Source of the DNA: an uncultured Chloroflexia bacterium
GTDB taxonomy: Bacteria > Chloroflexota > Limnocylindria > Limnocylindrales > CSP1-4
Length of the DNA: 64,000 nucleotides
Reading direction: 5' to 3'
Assembly (NCBI GenBank): GCA_963746845.1
Contig: CAVVCZ010000006.1
Location: 419,187 to 483,186 of the forward strand
Position 1 is the first letter of the stretch; each line of letters opens with the position of its first letter. The notes under the pieces were generated by a model, which searched no databases, had not been told where the DNA came from, and worked only from the letters and a program-made list of their open reading frames with translations. Positions 32,817 to 42,331 of this stretch are shown here, one piece after another. Made by a program: the position numbers and the translations under genes.

Positions 32817-33383
32817 TCAGGCGGGCGTCGGTCCGTCGCTGTCGTCGGCGGCTGGAGGCGCGGCGGGGGCAGCCGGCGGCGCGGCGGGCGCGGCCGGGGC
32901 CGAGGCGGGCGGAGCGGCCGGAGCCGAGGCGGGCGGAGCGGCCGGAGCCGATGGTGCTGCCGAGGCAGGCGGTGCCGCAGCGGCCCGCTCGCCGGCGGTC
33001 GCCTGGTATTCCTGCCAGGCCCCGAAGGCCATCAGGACCGCGCCGGCCGTCGTGGCCAGCAACGCGATGAAGTAGATGCCGAGGAAGCCGGCGAAGCTCA
33101 GGATGCCGAGGATCTGGATCAGGCTGAGGACCGCCCCGATCGCGATGATCGCGGAGATGACGAGGACGATCAGCGGGATCGGCGCCGGCCACTGGATGTT
33201 CGTGTTGGGCGCGTACTTCAGGTAGTAGATCGCGAGGACGGCAATGGCTCCGAGAGCGCTCAAGAACCCGAACCCGAACCCGTAGCTCCCGACGAGCCCG
33301 ACGATCCACGCGACGAGCACGATCGCCGCTCCGAACGAGACGTTTCGCTCGTTCTTGTTGAACTTGGCCCAGATGGCTGCCAC
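32817..33383 (-). CDS. Hypothetical 4-TM membrane protein with Ala/Pro-rich C-terminal tail
   Basis: GGGAGG RBS before the GTG at 33383; four hydrophobic segments; low-complexity tail. Confidence 0.75.
   Translation of the reverse strand: MAAIWAKFNKNERNVSFGAAIVLVAWIVGLVGSYGFGFGFLSALGAIAVLAIYYLKYAPNTNIQWPAPIPLIVLVISAIIAIGAVLSLIQILGILSFAGFLGIYFIALLATTAGAVLMAFGAWQEYQATAGERAAAAPPASAAPSAPAAPPASAPAAPPASAPAAPAAPPAAPAAPPAADDSDGPTPA
32899..32946. repeat. Exact 24-nt tandem duplication encoding the (SAPAAPPA) tail repeats
   Basis: gccgaggcgggcggagcggccgga present twice. Confidence 0.7.
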
Positions 33384-33519
33384 CGGCAGTGCCTCCCTTC
33401 GACCCTCTCCCGACGCCCGGCGGACCACAGGATCCGTCGTGGTCCCGCAACAGGGTACGCGTCGCGACAACCCGATGCTAGGGGTTCGCGACGTGAGCCT
33501 GAGCGTCGATACTCCGCCC

Positions 33520-34269
33520 GTGACGACGCCGCGCGACTGGGACGCCGCGACCTACGACCGTGTCGCGGACCCGCAGACCCGCTGGGGAGCGGCGGTCCTC
33601 GACCGACTCGATCTCACGGGTGACGAGACGGTCCTCGACGCCGGGTGCGGCAGCGGCCGCGTCACCGAGCTCCTCGCCGATCGCCTGCCGCGTGGCCGCG
33701 TCGTCGCCCTGGACGCGTCGCCCACGATGGTCGAGCAGGCGCGGCGCCGTCTGACCCGGCTCGGCGACCGCATCGACTACGTCGTCGCCGATCTGGGCCG
33801 GCCGTTCGCCGTCCCCGGCTCGACGGTCGACGCGATCCTGTCGACGGCCACCTTCCACTGGGTCCCGGACCACGACGCGCTCTTCGGGAACCTCGCCGCC
33901 GTGCTCCGTCCCGGCGGCCGGCTCAGCGCGCAGTGCGGGGGCGCCGGCAACATCGCGTCGATCACGGAGATCCTCGCGACCGTCGGGGACGGATGGCTCG
34001 GTGATGCGCACTTCGAGACCCCGGAGACGACCGCGGATCGGCTCCGTGCGGCCGGGTTCGTCGACATCGAGACCTGGCTCCACCCGGAGCCGACCCGATT
34101 CGATGCGGGCGAGCCGTTCGAGACGTTCCTTCGGACCGTAGTGCTCGGCCAGCACGTGGATCGGCTGCCGCCCGGCGAGCGCGACGCATTCGTCCACGAG
34201 GTGGCGAGCCGGCTCGACGAGCCGGTGATCGACTACGTCCGGCTGAACATCCTTGCCACGCGCGCCTGA
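33520..34269 (+). CDS. Class I SAM-dependent methyltransferase (Tam-like)
   Basis: WDAATY, VLDAGCGSG, S.ATFHWVPD, LRPGG, DYVRL. Confidence 0.85.
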   Translation: MTTPRDWDAATYDRVADPQTRWGAAVLDRLDLTGDETVLDAGCGSGRVTELLADRLPRGRVVALDASPTMVEQARRRLTRLGDRIDYVVADLGRPFAVPGSTVDAILSTATFHWVPDHDALFGNLAAVLRPGGRLSAQCGGAGNIASITEILATVGDGWLGDAHFETPETTADRLRAAGFVDIETWLHPEPTRFDAGEPFETFLRTVVLGQHVDRLPPGERDAFVHEVASRLDEPVIDYVRLNILATRA

Positions 34270-34275
34270 GGTGGG

Positions 34276-34839
34276 TCAACCCTGACGCTCGACCCGGAAC
34301 GATTCGCCGTGCCCGGGGATCACGACGTCCGCCACGGCGAGGACCCGGGCGCGCTGCGCCTCGAGGATCGCCTGATCCGGCGCGTATGGGTCGATGTCCG
34401 GCGTGCGGTCCGCCTTCCACCAGAGGTGGGTCATCGCGTACACGCCGTCGTCCGCGCGCACGATCAGCGAGGCGTCCTCCTCCGTGTGGCCCGGCGTGAG
34501 CCACAGCTGGGCGTGGGCGGAGAGGTCCCAGCCGTCGCCGTCGTGGTCGAGCCACAGGTCGCCGCGGTACTTCGCCCAGAAGTCGATGACCCAGGCGTTC
34601 GGGAACAGCGCGACGTTCATCGTGTGGTCGGGGTGGTGATGGCTGAGGAAGACGTGGGTGACGTCGCCCGGGTCGATCCCGCGCTCCCGGAGCGGGTCGA
34701 GGATCCGGGCGTGGCTGGCGACGAGGCCCGGGTCGGCGACGATGATCGCGTCCCCGTCCCGGACCAGGCTGACGCTGCTCCCGACGTGGCCGTCATCGCG
34801 GGCGTAGCCGGGATGGATGAGCTCGACGGTGGTGGTCAT
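34276..34839 (-). CDS. MBL-fold metallo-hydrolase
   Basis: SHHHPDH, TPGHT, IPGHG. Confidence 0.88.
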   Translation of the reverse strand: MTTTVELIHPGYARDDGHVGSSVSLVRDGDAIIVADPGLVASHARILDPLRERGIDPGDVTHVFLSHHHPDHTMNVALFPNAWVIDFWAKYRGDLWLDHDGDGWDLSAHAQLWLTPGHTEEDASLIVRADDGVYAMTHLWWKADRTPDIDPYAPDQAILEAQRARVLAVADVVIPGHGESFRVERQG

Positions 34840-34940
34840 CGTCGGAGGATAGGCGCGACCGACGGCGCCGGGATGGTTTGTGCGTCCCGTGGGTCGGGTC
34901 CGGCGGCCGGCGCCGCGGGCACGCTGCCATCCTGCCGCCC

Positions 34941-36593
34941 ATGACGAAGCCCTCCCTCCCCGCCGACCTCGTCCTGACCGGCGGCCATGTCCACACCGTC
35001 GCCGACGCCCAGCCGCTCGCCGAGGCCGTCGCGGTCCGGGGCTCGGACATCGTCGCGGTCGGGTCGGCCGCCGAGGTCGACGCGTGGATCGGCCCGCGGA
35101 CCCGCGTCGTGAGCCTCGCCGGCCGCCTGCTCCTGCCGGGGTTCCAGGACGCGCACATCCATCCGATCTCGTCGGGCGTGGAGCAGCTCGAGTGCGACGT
35201 ACGCGGGACCGGCGGCCGCGAGGAGGTGCTCGCGATCATCCGGACGTACGCGGACGCGCACCCGACCGAGCCGTGGATCGTGGGCGGCGGCTGGTCGATG
35301 TCGGATTTCCCGCACGGGAACCCGCGCCGCGAGGACCTCGACGCGGTCGTCCCGGATCGGCCGGCGTACCTGCCGAACCGCGACGGGCACTCGGCGTGGG
35401 TCAACACGCGGGCCCTCGAGCTGGCCCGGATCGATCGGGGCACGCCGGATCCCGCGGGCGGCCGGATCGAGCGCGATCCCGACGGGACGCCGACCGGGGC
35501 CCTCCACGAGACGGCCGCCGAGATCGTGGAGGCGCTCCTCCCGGTCGTGTCCGACGACACGATGGCCATCGCGCTGCGCCGCGCCCAGGCGTATCTCCAC
35601 TCGCTCGGGATCACCGCCTGGCAGGACGCGATCGTCGCGCCGGACGAAGAGCGGATCTACCGACGCGCCGTCGCGGAGGGCTGGCTCACCGCGCGGGTCG
35701 AGGCTGCCCTGTGGTGGGACCGGACACGTGGTCTCGAGCAGGTGGACGAGCTCGTCGAGCGCTCCCGCACGGGCTCGATGGGCCGGCTCCGGGCAAACAG
35801 CGTGAAGCTGATGGCGGACGGGGTGCTCGAGACGTTCACCGCCGCCATGCTCGAGCCGTACCTCGGCGAGGACGGGCGGCCGACGGAGAACCTCGGGATC
35901 AGCTTCATGGAACCGGACGTCCTCAGGGACGCCGTCGTCCTCCTCGACGCCGGCGGGCTCCAGGCGCACTTCCACGGAATCGGCGACCGGGCGATCCGGA
36001 ACTGCCTGGACGCCGTGGCGGCGGCGCGTGCGACGAACGGCCCGTCCGACACCCGGCCGCACATCGCCCACATCCAGGTCATCCACCCCGACGACCTCCC
36101 CCGCTTCGCGGCCCTCGGTGTCGCGGCGAACGCTCAGCCGGTCTGGGCGTACCACGAGCGGCAGATGGACGAGCTGACGATCCCCTATCTCGGCCCGGAG
36201 CGGTCCGGATGGCAGTACCCGTTCGCGTCGCTGCTCCGGTCCGGGGCACGACTGGCGATGGGCTCGGACTGGAGCGTCAGCACGCCCGAGCCGCTCATCG
36301 AGATGCAGGTCGCGATCGACCGCAGCGCACCCGCGCCGTGGGGCTCGGGCCGGGTGCTCGTGCCGGAGGAACGGCTGACGCTGGAGGAGTCGATCCGCGC
36401 GTTCACTTTCGGCTCGGCGTGGGTCAACCATCTCGACGATCGGACCGGATCGATCGAGGTCGGGAAGCTCGCCGACCTGTGCGTCGTCGACCGGGACCTG
36501 TTCCTGCGGGACGTCGGCCCGATCGGCGAGGGCCAGGTGCTCCTCACCCTCGTCGACGGCGAGGTCGTGTTCGAGGACCCGGCCCTGGGTTGA
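34941..36593 (+). CDS. Amidohydrolase family 3 (YtcJ-like)
   Basis: PGFQDAHIH, VKLMADG, HGIGDRA, IAHIQ, GSDW, GSIEVGKLAD. Confidence 0.9.
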   Translation: MTKPSLPADLVLTGGHVHTVADAQPLAEAVAVRGSDIVAVGSAAEVDAWIGPRTRVVSLAGRLLLPGFQDAHIHPISSGVEQLECDVRGTGGREEVLAIIRTYADAHPTEPWIVGGGWSMSDFPHGNPRREDLDAVVPDRPAYLPNRDGHSAWVNTRALELARIDRGTPDPAGGRIERDPDGTPTGALHETAAEIVEALLPVVSDDTMAIALRRAQAYLHSLGITAWQDAIVAPDEERIYRRAVAEGWLTARVEAALWWDRTRGLEQVDELVERSRTGSMGRLRANSVKLMADGVLETFTAAMLEPYLGEDGRPTENLGISFMEPDVLRDAVVLLDAGGLQAHFHGIGDRAIRNCLDAVAAARATNGPSDTRPHIAHIQVIHPDDLPRFAALGVAANAQPVWAYHERQMDELTIPYLGPERSGWQYPFASLLRSGARLAMGSDWSVSTPEPLIEMQVAIDRSAPAPWGSGRVLVPEERLTLEESIRAFTFGSAWVNHLDDRTGSIEVGKLADLCVVDRDLFLRDVGPIGEGQVLLTLVDGEVVFEDPALG

Positions 36594-36749
36594 CGATCCG
36601 GCCCCGTCCGGACCGGGTCGCATGCCGCGGGCGGAACCCGTCGAATGACGTAGGGGAATTGCCCATTCGCGACGGTGGGTTCCGCACGCCACCGGGACCA
36701 TGATCTTGTCGTGATCCCGAGAAGCGGGGTTGGAAAGGAGAGATCAGAC

Positions 36750-36947
36750 GTGCATCCCATCGCATCCATCGTCGTCGCGGCCCACATCAACGACCTGCTC
36801 GCAGAGTCCGCGAACGCCCGCCTCGCCCGGTCCGCCCAGGCTCCGAAGGCCAGGAGCGGGATCGCCAGCCGCTTCAGCAGCGTCTGGTCCGCCGTCAGCG
36901 GCACCGCCACCTCGCCCAAGCTCACCGACTACCCGTTTCGGAGCTGA
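36750..36947 (+). CDS. Small hypothetical protein (65 aa)
   Basis: GAAAGGAG RBS, GTG start, typical codon usage, downstream hairpin. Confidence 0.6.
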   Translation: MHPIASIVVAAHINDLLAESANARLARSAQAPKARSGIASRFSSVWSAVSGTATSPKLTDYPFRS

Positions 36948-36976
36948 TCCCAGCTCCTCTCGCTCCCTCCTCCAAC

Positions 36977-37010
36977 ACGAACGCGTCCGTCCTCCGGCGG
37001 ACGCGTTCGT
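36977..37010. terminator. Hairpin between convergent genes
   Basis: acgaacgcgtccg...cggacgcgttcgt, 13-bp stem. Confidence 0.6.
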
Positions 37011-37026
37011 CGATTCCCGGGATCCT

Positions 37027-37632
37027 CTAGAGGTCCTCTGGCCGATCCACGTCGCGGAGGGTGTCGCCGGCCGGATCGAGCGGACGCCACTCCTCCTCCT
37101 CCAGGATCCGCGTCGGGAGACGATCGAAGACGCTCCGGAGGCGTCGCTCGCCATCGTCCACGAGCCGGCCGACGACGTCGCTCGCGGCACCCGTCCGGAG
37201 CGCGGCCGGCAACGGAACGAGCCGGCCCCGGGCGGAGAGGACGGCCGCGCCGGTGCCCGTGTCGGACGCCAGCAGTGCCCGCACGAGCGCGACCAGCACG
37301 GGGGCCCGCATCGAGGGCATGTCCCCGCCCACGACGAGGACGACCGGCTCGGTCGCGGTCTCGAGCCCGGTCCGCAGCCCGACCAGCGGACCCTCGAACG
37401 GCTCATGGTCGGCGACCCGACGAACCGGCACGGGGGCCGCGGGGAGGGCTTGATCGTCGTTCGCCACGCCGACGACGATCACGTCGGACACCACGGCCGC
37501 GACCCCGCCGACCGCCAGCTCGAGCAGGGTCCGCCCGTCGATGACCGCGTCCAGCTTGTTCGACCCGAACCGGCGCGACCGTCCGCCCGCGAGGACGATC
37601 CCGGTGACGGGGGGAAGAACCGGATTCGTCAC
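37027..37632 (-). CDS. mobA: Molybdenum cofactor guanylyltransferase
   Basis: IVLAGGRSRRFGSNK, GPL.GL, GGDMP, DVDRPEDL. Overlaps the selB stop. Confidence 0.88.
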   Translation of the reverse strand: MTNPVLPPVTGIVLAGGRSRRFGSNKLDAVIDGRTLLELAVGGVAAVVSDVIVVGVANDDQALPAAPVPVRRVADHEPFEGPLVGLRTGLETATEPVVLVVGGDMPSMRAPVLVALVRALLASDTGTGAAVLSARGRLVPLPAALRTGAASDVVGRLVDDGERRLRSVFDRLPTRILEEEEWRPLDPAGDTLRDVDRPEDL

Positions 37633-39494
37633 CGGGTTGCTCCCGACGTCGCTGCACGGTCCAGCCCGGGTGCCCGTGGCCCGGGGACGTGGCCGTCCGC
37701 GGTCCGACGGAGGATCGCCCGCCGATCGAGGTCCTCGAGGATCGCGAGGACGAACTTGCGGCTCGTCCCGGTCGCGTCGCGGTAGGCCGCCGGGGTCAGC
37801 GGCGCTGCGGCGGCCATGGCTACGGCCCGGGCGGCCAGGTCGCGGTACGTGGGGAACGCCCAGGCCAGGTCGTCGCCCAGCCGGACGATCCGGTTCGCGC
37901 GTTCGAGCGCTCGGACGCCCTCGGGCGGGCAACCGGCGTCGTGGGCCGCGGCAGACAGCGACGGCGGCGCGACGACTGACAGGATCTCGACGAGCCGGTC
38001 CATCGCCGCGAGCATCGCCGCGGGGAGCTCGGGGGCGGTCGCTCCCGGCGGCCGGACCCGATCACCCTCGGCCACGAGCCCGCCCTTGGCCACGACCTCC
38101 GACAGCCGGCTTTCGACGAGGTCGCTCGCGACACGCCGGTCCATGGGTCCGACCCGACGGCGGAGCTCGGCCGAGCCGGCGCGGAGGACCTCCGTGCGGC
38201 GGGCGTCGGGCGTGGCGGCCGCGGCCACGATCGCAGTGTCGACCGCGTCTCCGACATCGTCGGCGAGGGCCGGCGCAGGCGATGCGATCGCCCCGTGCAG
38301 ATCCAACCGCGCCGCGGACCACGCCTCGCCGCCCGGAACCGCCGTCGCGAGGGCGATCAGGCGCTCCGGGCTCGTGCGGCGACGCGCCGCGCCGCGGGGC
38401 GGGTGCGCGTCCAGGACCCGGCCGCCGCCGAGGGGCTCACCGGGTGACGGCCGGCGGAGCGCGAACCGATCGCCGGGGGCGACGGCGATCGGCTCGGCCA
38501 GGCGGAGCAGCGCCGCCACCTCGCCGTCACCCAGGTCGATGGCGTCGCGGGCACTGCGTCCGACGACCGCTGGCACGTGTGCCGTCCCCGCGTGGAGCGT
38601 CAACCGCGTCCGATCGGCCGGGGGTCCGTCCGCCCGCCTCGCGCGTCCGAGCGCTGGGGCCGCACGGATCGCGACGAGCAGTCGGTCGGACGCGGTGACG
38701 GATGGATCCGTCGTCAGGACGACCCCACGCGAGAGCGCGACATCCGAGGCGCCTGCCGCGAGGTTGAGCGCCACCCGACCTGGGCCCGCCGATCCCACCG
38801 TTCCGCCGTGGACCTGCACCTCACGAACGCGAACCGTGCCCTCGCCGTCGCCCGGGACGACCCGCAGTCGTTCGCCCGTGACGATCCGGCCGCCGCGAAG
38901 CGAGCCCGTCACGACCGTCCCCCGCCCGCGGCTGGAGAAGACCCGATCGATGGCGAGGCGGGCAGGGCCGGCTTCGGCCACCATCGCCCGATCCCGCAGC
39001 TCGACGAGGGCAGCCCGGACCTCCGCGAGGCCGGCGCCGGTCTCGGCCGAGACGGCGATCACCGGGGCATCGCCCAGTGTCGTCGCCGCCAGGAGAGCCG
39101 TGACCTCCCGGGACACCTCGGCGACCCGGTCGGGATCGGAGGCGTCGGTCTTCGTGACGACCGCGATCCCGTTGGCGATCCCGAGCCCGTCGAGGAGCTG
39201 GAGGTGCTCGATCGTCTGCGCCCGCGGCCCATCGTCGGCGGCGACGACGATGAGCGCCGCGTCGATCTCGCCCGCCCCGACGAGCATGTTGCCGACCAGG
39301 CGGTCGTGCCCCGGGACGTCGACGAAGTCCAGCTCGGTGCCGTCATCGAGGGCCAGATGCGCATAGCCCACGTCGATCGTCATCCCCCGCGACCGCTCCT
39401 CGGGCAGGCGATCGGCGTCGATCCCGGTAAGGGCCCGGAGCAGCGTCGTCTTGCCGTGGTCGATGTGCCCGGCCGTCCCGATGACGACGGTCAT
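37629..39494 (-). CDS. selB: Selenocysteine-specific elongation factor
   Basis: [34 protein letters not shown]...GRGTVVTG, C-terminal winged helix GTSRKF...LE.LD. Confidence 0.95.
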   Translation of the reverse strand: MTVVIGTAGHIDHGKTTLLRALTGIDADRLPEERSRGMTIDVGYAHLALDDGTELDFVDVPGHDRLVGNMLVGAGEIDAALIVVAADDGPRAQTIEHLQLLDGLGIANGIAVVTKTDASDPDRVAEVSREVTALLAATTLGDAPVIAVSAETGAGLAEVRAALVELRDRAMVAEAGPARLAIDRVFSSRGRGTVVTGSLRGGRIVTGERLRVVPGDGEGTVRVREVQVHGGTVGSAGPGRVALNLAAGASDVALSRGVVLTTDPSVTASDRLLVAIRAAPALGRARRADGPPADRTRLTLHAGTAHVPAVVGRSARDAIDLGDGEVAALLRLAEPIAVAPGDRFALRRPSPGEPLGGGRVLDAHPPRGAARRRTSPERLIALATAVPGGEAWSAARLDLHGAIASPAPALADDVGDAVDTAIVAAAATPDARRTEVLRAGSAELRRRVGPMDRRVASDLVESRLSEVVAKGGLVAEGDRVRPPGATAPELPAAMLAAMDRLVEILSVVAPPSLSAAAHDAGCPPEGVRALERANRIVRLGDDLAWAFPTYRDLAARAVAMAAAAPLTPAAYRDATGTSRKFVLAILEDLDRRAILRRTADGHVPGPRAPGLDRAATSGATR

Positions 39495-40888
39495 CGGCGT
39501 CCCCGCGCCGCCCCCTCGGACCCCACGAGCGCGACCCGGAGCGATTCGGCCAGCGCAGCGTCGTCGGCCGGCTCGACGGATCGAAGGTCGAACATCGCCG
39601 CCCCACCCTCGATCCGCCCGACCACCGCCGGCGATGCGGAGCGCAGCCGGGCGAGGAGGGCGTCCGGATCCGGCGACGGGACGCACACCGCCCGCGACGG
39701 GAGCACCTGGCCCGGCAGCGAGCCGCCGCCGACCGTCGCCTCGACGTCGGCGACCCGGGCATGGCCACCCGCGGCTCCCGCGACCACGCGCGCCCGGGCG
39801 GCCAGCTCGTCGACGGTCGCCGCGATCTGGCGCCAGACCGGGATCTCGCGGGTCACCACGCCGGCCCGGTACAGGGCGAGCGTCGCCGCGACCGCCGCCA
39901 GCAGCACCTTGTCGAGCCGCATCGCGCGGGCCAGCGGGTCCTTGCGCAGGCGGGCGACCAGGTCGGCGCGCCCGACGACGAACCCGGCCTGCGGGCCGCC
40001 GACGAGCTTGTCCCCGCTGAAGGTCACTAGGTCGGCGCCGTCGGCGAGACGCTCGGCGGGCATCGGCTCGTGGGCGAGGCCGAACGCCGCGGTGTCGAGC
40101 AGGGCGCCGCTGCCGAGGTCGTCGACGACGAGCGCGCCATGACGATGCGCGGCCGCGGCAAGGGTGGGCGCGTCCGGGGCCTCGACGAACCCGGCCTGCT
40201 GGAAGTTCGACGGATGGACGCGGAGGACGAGGCGCGCCCGGCCGTCGGCCAACACCTCCTCGAAGTCCGCGACCCGGGTCCGGTTGGTCGTGCCGACCTC
40301 GACGAGCCGTGCGCCCGCGCGGCGGACGATGTCGGGGATCCGGACGCCGCCGCCGATCTCGACGAGCTCGCCGCGGCTCACCGCCACGCCGCCCCGCCCC
40401 GCCAGGCCGACCGCGAGCGCCACGGCCGCGGCGTTGTTGGTCACGATCAGCGCGTCCTCCGCCCCGGTCAGGGCGACGAGGTGCGCCTCCGCCTCGCGGT
40501 ACCGGCGACCGCGGCGCCCGCTGGCGCGATCGAGCTCGAGGAACAGCGTGCCCTCGGCGGCCGAGACTGCCGCGCGGACCGCGGCGGCCGGCCACGGGGC
40601 CCGCCCGAGGTTCGTGTGGACGATCACGCCGGTCGCATTGATCACCCGATCCGGGCCTGCGACCGCCTCGAACGCCGCGAGGCGAGCCACGACGAGGGCG
40701 CCGAGCTTCTCCGGCGTCCGTGGCGTGCTCCTCGCGCCGGCCGAGGCGAGGCGCGACCGCTCCTCCTCGACGACCTCGCGCGCAACCGCCAGGATCGCTG
40801 CCTGGTCGCGGCCTGCGGTCTCGGGTCGGGCGGCGGCGAGCACGCGTTCGACGCTCGGTGGGCGCCTGGCTCCGGTTCGATCGGTCAC
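39491..40888 (-). CDS. selA: L-seryl-tRNA(Sec) selenium transferase
   Basis: [49 protein letters not shown]. Confidence 0.95.
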   Translation of the reverse strand: MTDRTGARRPPSVERVLAAARPETAGRDQAAILAVAREVVEEERSRLASAGARSTPRTPEKLGALVVARLAAFEAVAGPDRVINATGVIVHTNLGRAPWPAAAVRAAVSAAEGTLFLELDRASGRRGRRYREAEAHLVALTGAEDALIVTNNAAAVALAVGLAGRGGVAVSRGELVEIGGGVRIPDIVRRAGARLVEVGTTNRTRVADFEEVLADGRARLVLRVHPSNFQQAGFVEAPDAPTLAAAAHRHGALVVDDLGSGALLDTAAFGLAHEPMPAERLADGADLVTFSGDKLVGGPQAGFVVGRADLVARLRKDPLARAMRLDKVLLAAVAATLALYRAGVVTREIPVWRQIAATVDELAARARVVAGAAGGHARVADVEATVGGGSLPGQVLPSRAVCVPSPDPDALLARLRSASPAVVGRIEGGAAMFDLRSVEPADDAALAESLRVALVGSEGAARGRR

Positions 40889-40934
40889 TAGCGGATCATC
40901 GCAGGCCGGACGGGCAAGGCATGCCACACGCGCA

Positions 40935-41031
40935 TGGCGGGAGCGCATGGGAGTCGAACCCACCACGCCACGCCGAGCGCAGCGTCACCGGTTTTGAAGA
41001 CCGGGGGACCCACCGGGGCCCCTCCACTCCC
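40935..41031 (-). tRNA. selC: tRNA-Sec (anticodon UCA), 97 nt with encoded CCA
   Basis: GGGAGTGG-AG-GGGCCC/CGGT/GGGTCC (6-bp D stem), CCGGT-CTTCAAA-ACCGG anticodon arm, 9-bp variable arm, GTGGG-TTCGACT-CCCAT T arm, GCCA end. Confidence 0.95.
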
Positions 41032-41116
41032 CGGGTATCGTAGCGATGTCACCGGCGACGATCGCGGACGGGGTGATGGGCGACTCGCGGGCGGTTGGGT
41101 CGGGTACCGTGGCGCG

Positions 41117-42322
41117 ATGTCCGTGACGCTGGCCCTGACGATCGCGGTCTTCGCGGTCGGCGTCGACTCGTACATCGTCGCCGCGGTCCTGCCCGCCATC
41201 GCCGCGGACCTCCACGAGTCGATCCCGGCTGTCGGGCTGCTCGCCTCGGCGTACAACCTGCCGACCGCGATCTTCGCCCCGATCTTCGGCCCGTTCTCCG
41301 ATCGGCGCGGACGGCGGACCGCGATGCTCCTCGGGCTGACGATCTTCTCGGTCGCGGCGGGTGCCTGCATCGTCGCGCCGACGCTCCCGCTTCTCCTCCT
41401 TGCCCGGGTCGTGAACGGCGTCGGCGCCGCGATCATCCTGCCGGCGTCGTTCGCCTACGCGGCGGACCTCCCGTCGCCGAAGGAGCGGGCCCGGGCGATG
41501 GGCATCGCGGTCTCCGCCTTCCCGCTGGCGAACCTGATCGGCCTGCCGATCGGGGCGCTCGTCGCCGGGCTGTGGGGCTGGCAGGCGTCGTTCGGGTTCG
41601 TGCTGTCGGTCGCGATCGCGGCCACGCTCCTGATCCGGCGACTTCCCGAGGAGCCGGTGAGGCCGGCGGCCGAGCAGACCGGCTACCTCGACAGCTATCG
41701 GACGGTGCTCGGCGACCGGCAGGCGCTCGGCGTCCTGTCGGTGACGTTCATCTGGTTCGCCGCATCGATGGGCCTGTTCATCTACCTCGGCGAGTTCTTC
41801 CACCGCGGCTTCGGCCTGTCGACCACCCAGGCCGGCCTCGCGTATCTCGTCGTCGGCGTCGTCGGGGTGATCGCGAGCCGGCTGAGCTCCCGGTTCCTGC
41901 AGGTCCTCGGCGCGCGAAGGACCGTCCTCGTCGGGATCGCGCTGCTCGTGGTCTGCACGTTCGTGCTCCCGCTCACCGTCGGCATGCTCCCGTTCGCCCT
42001 GATCGTGTTCGCGTTCTGGGCATTCGGGACGTGGTTCGGGCTGCCCGGCCAGCAGACGATCGTCGCGTCGCTGAACGCCCGGATCCGCGGGACCATGCTG
42101 GCGTTCAACGGCAGCGCCTTGAACCTCGGCGGCGTGTTCGGGCCGATCCTCGCCGGCCAGGTCCTGAACTGGGGCGGGTTCGATGCCGCGGCCCGCTGGA
42201 CGAGCCTCGTGGCCCTGGTCGCGTTCGTCGTCGCGTGGTGGCGCCTCCCACGAACCCTGGCCGATTCGCCGGAGCCGGAGCCGGGGCCGTCGCCGATCGC
42301 CGTCGTCGGGCCGCCCGCCTAG
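41117..42322 (+). CDS. MFS transporter (DHA1/AraJ-like)
   Basis: About 12 TM helices; GPFSDRRGRR motif A. Lies between selC and selD. Confidence 0.88.
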   Translation: MSVTLALTIAVFAVGVDSYIVAAVLPAIAADLHESIPAVGLLASAYNLPTAIFAPIFGPFSDRRGRRTAMLLGLTIFSVAAGACIVAPTLPLLLLARVVNGVGAAIILPASFAYAADLPSPKERARAMGIAVSAFPLANLIGLPIGALVAGLWGWQASFGFVLSVAIAATLLIRRLPEEPVRPAAEQTGYLDSYRTVLGDRQALGVLSVTFIWFAASMGLFIYLGEFFHRGFGLSTTQAGLAYLVVGVVGVIASRLSSRFLQVLGARRTVLVGIALLVVCTFVLPLTVGMLPFALIVFAFWAFGTWFGLPGQQTIVASLNARIRGTMLAFNGSALNLGGVFGPILAGQVLNWGGFDAAARWTSLVALVAFVVAWWRLPRTLADSPEPEPGPSPIAVVGPPA

Positions 42323-42331
42323 AATCCGCCG
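42320..42331 (+). promoter_or_regulatory. Probable leaderless -10 element for selD (TAGAAT-N6-ATG), overlapping the MFS stop codon
   Basis: TAGAAT at 42320-42325, ATG at 42332, no Shine-Dalgarno. Confidence 0.6.
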
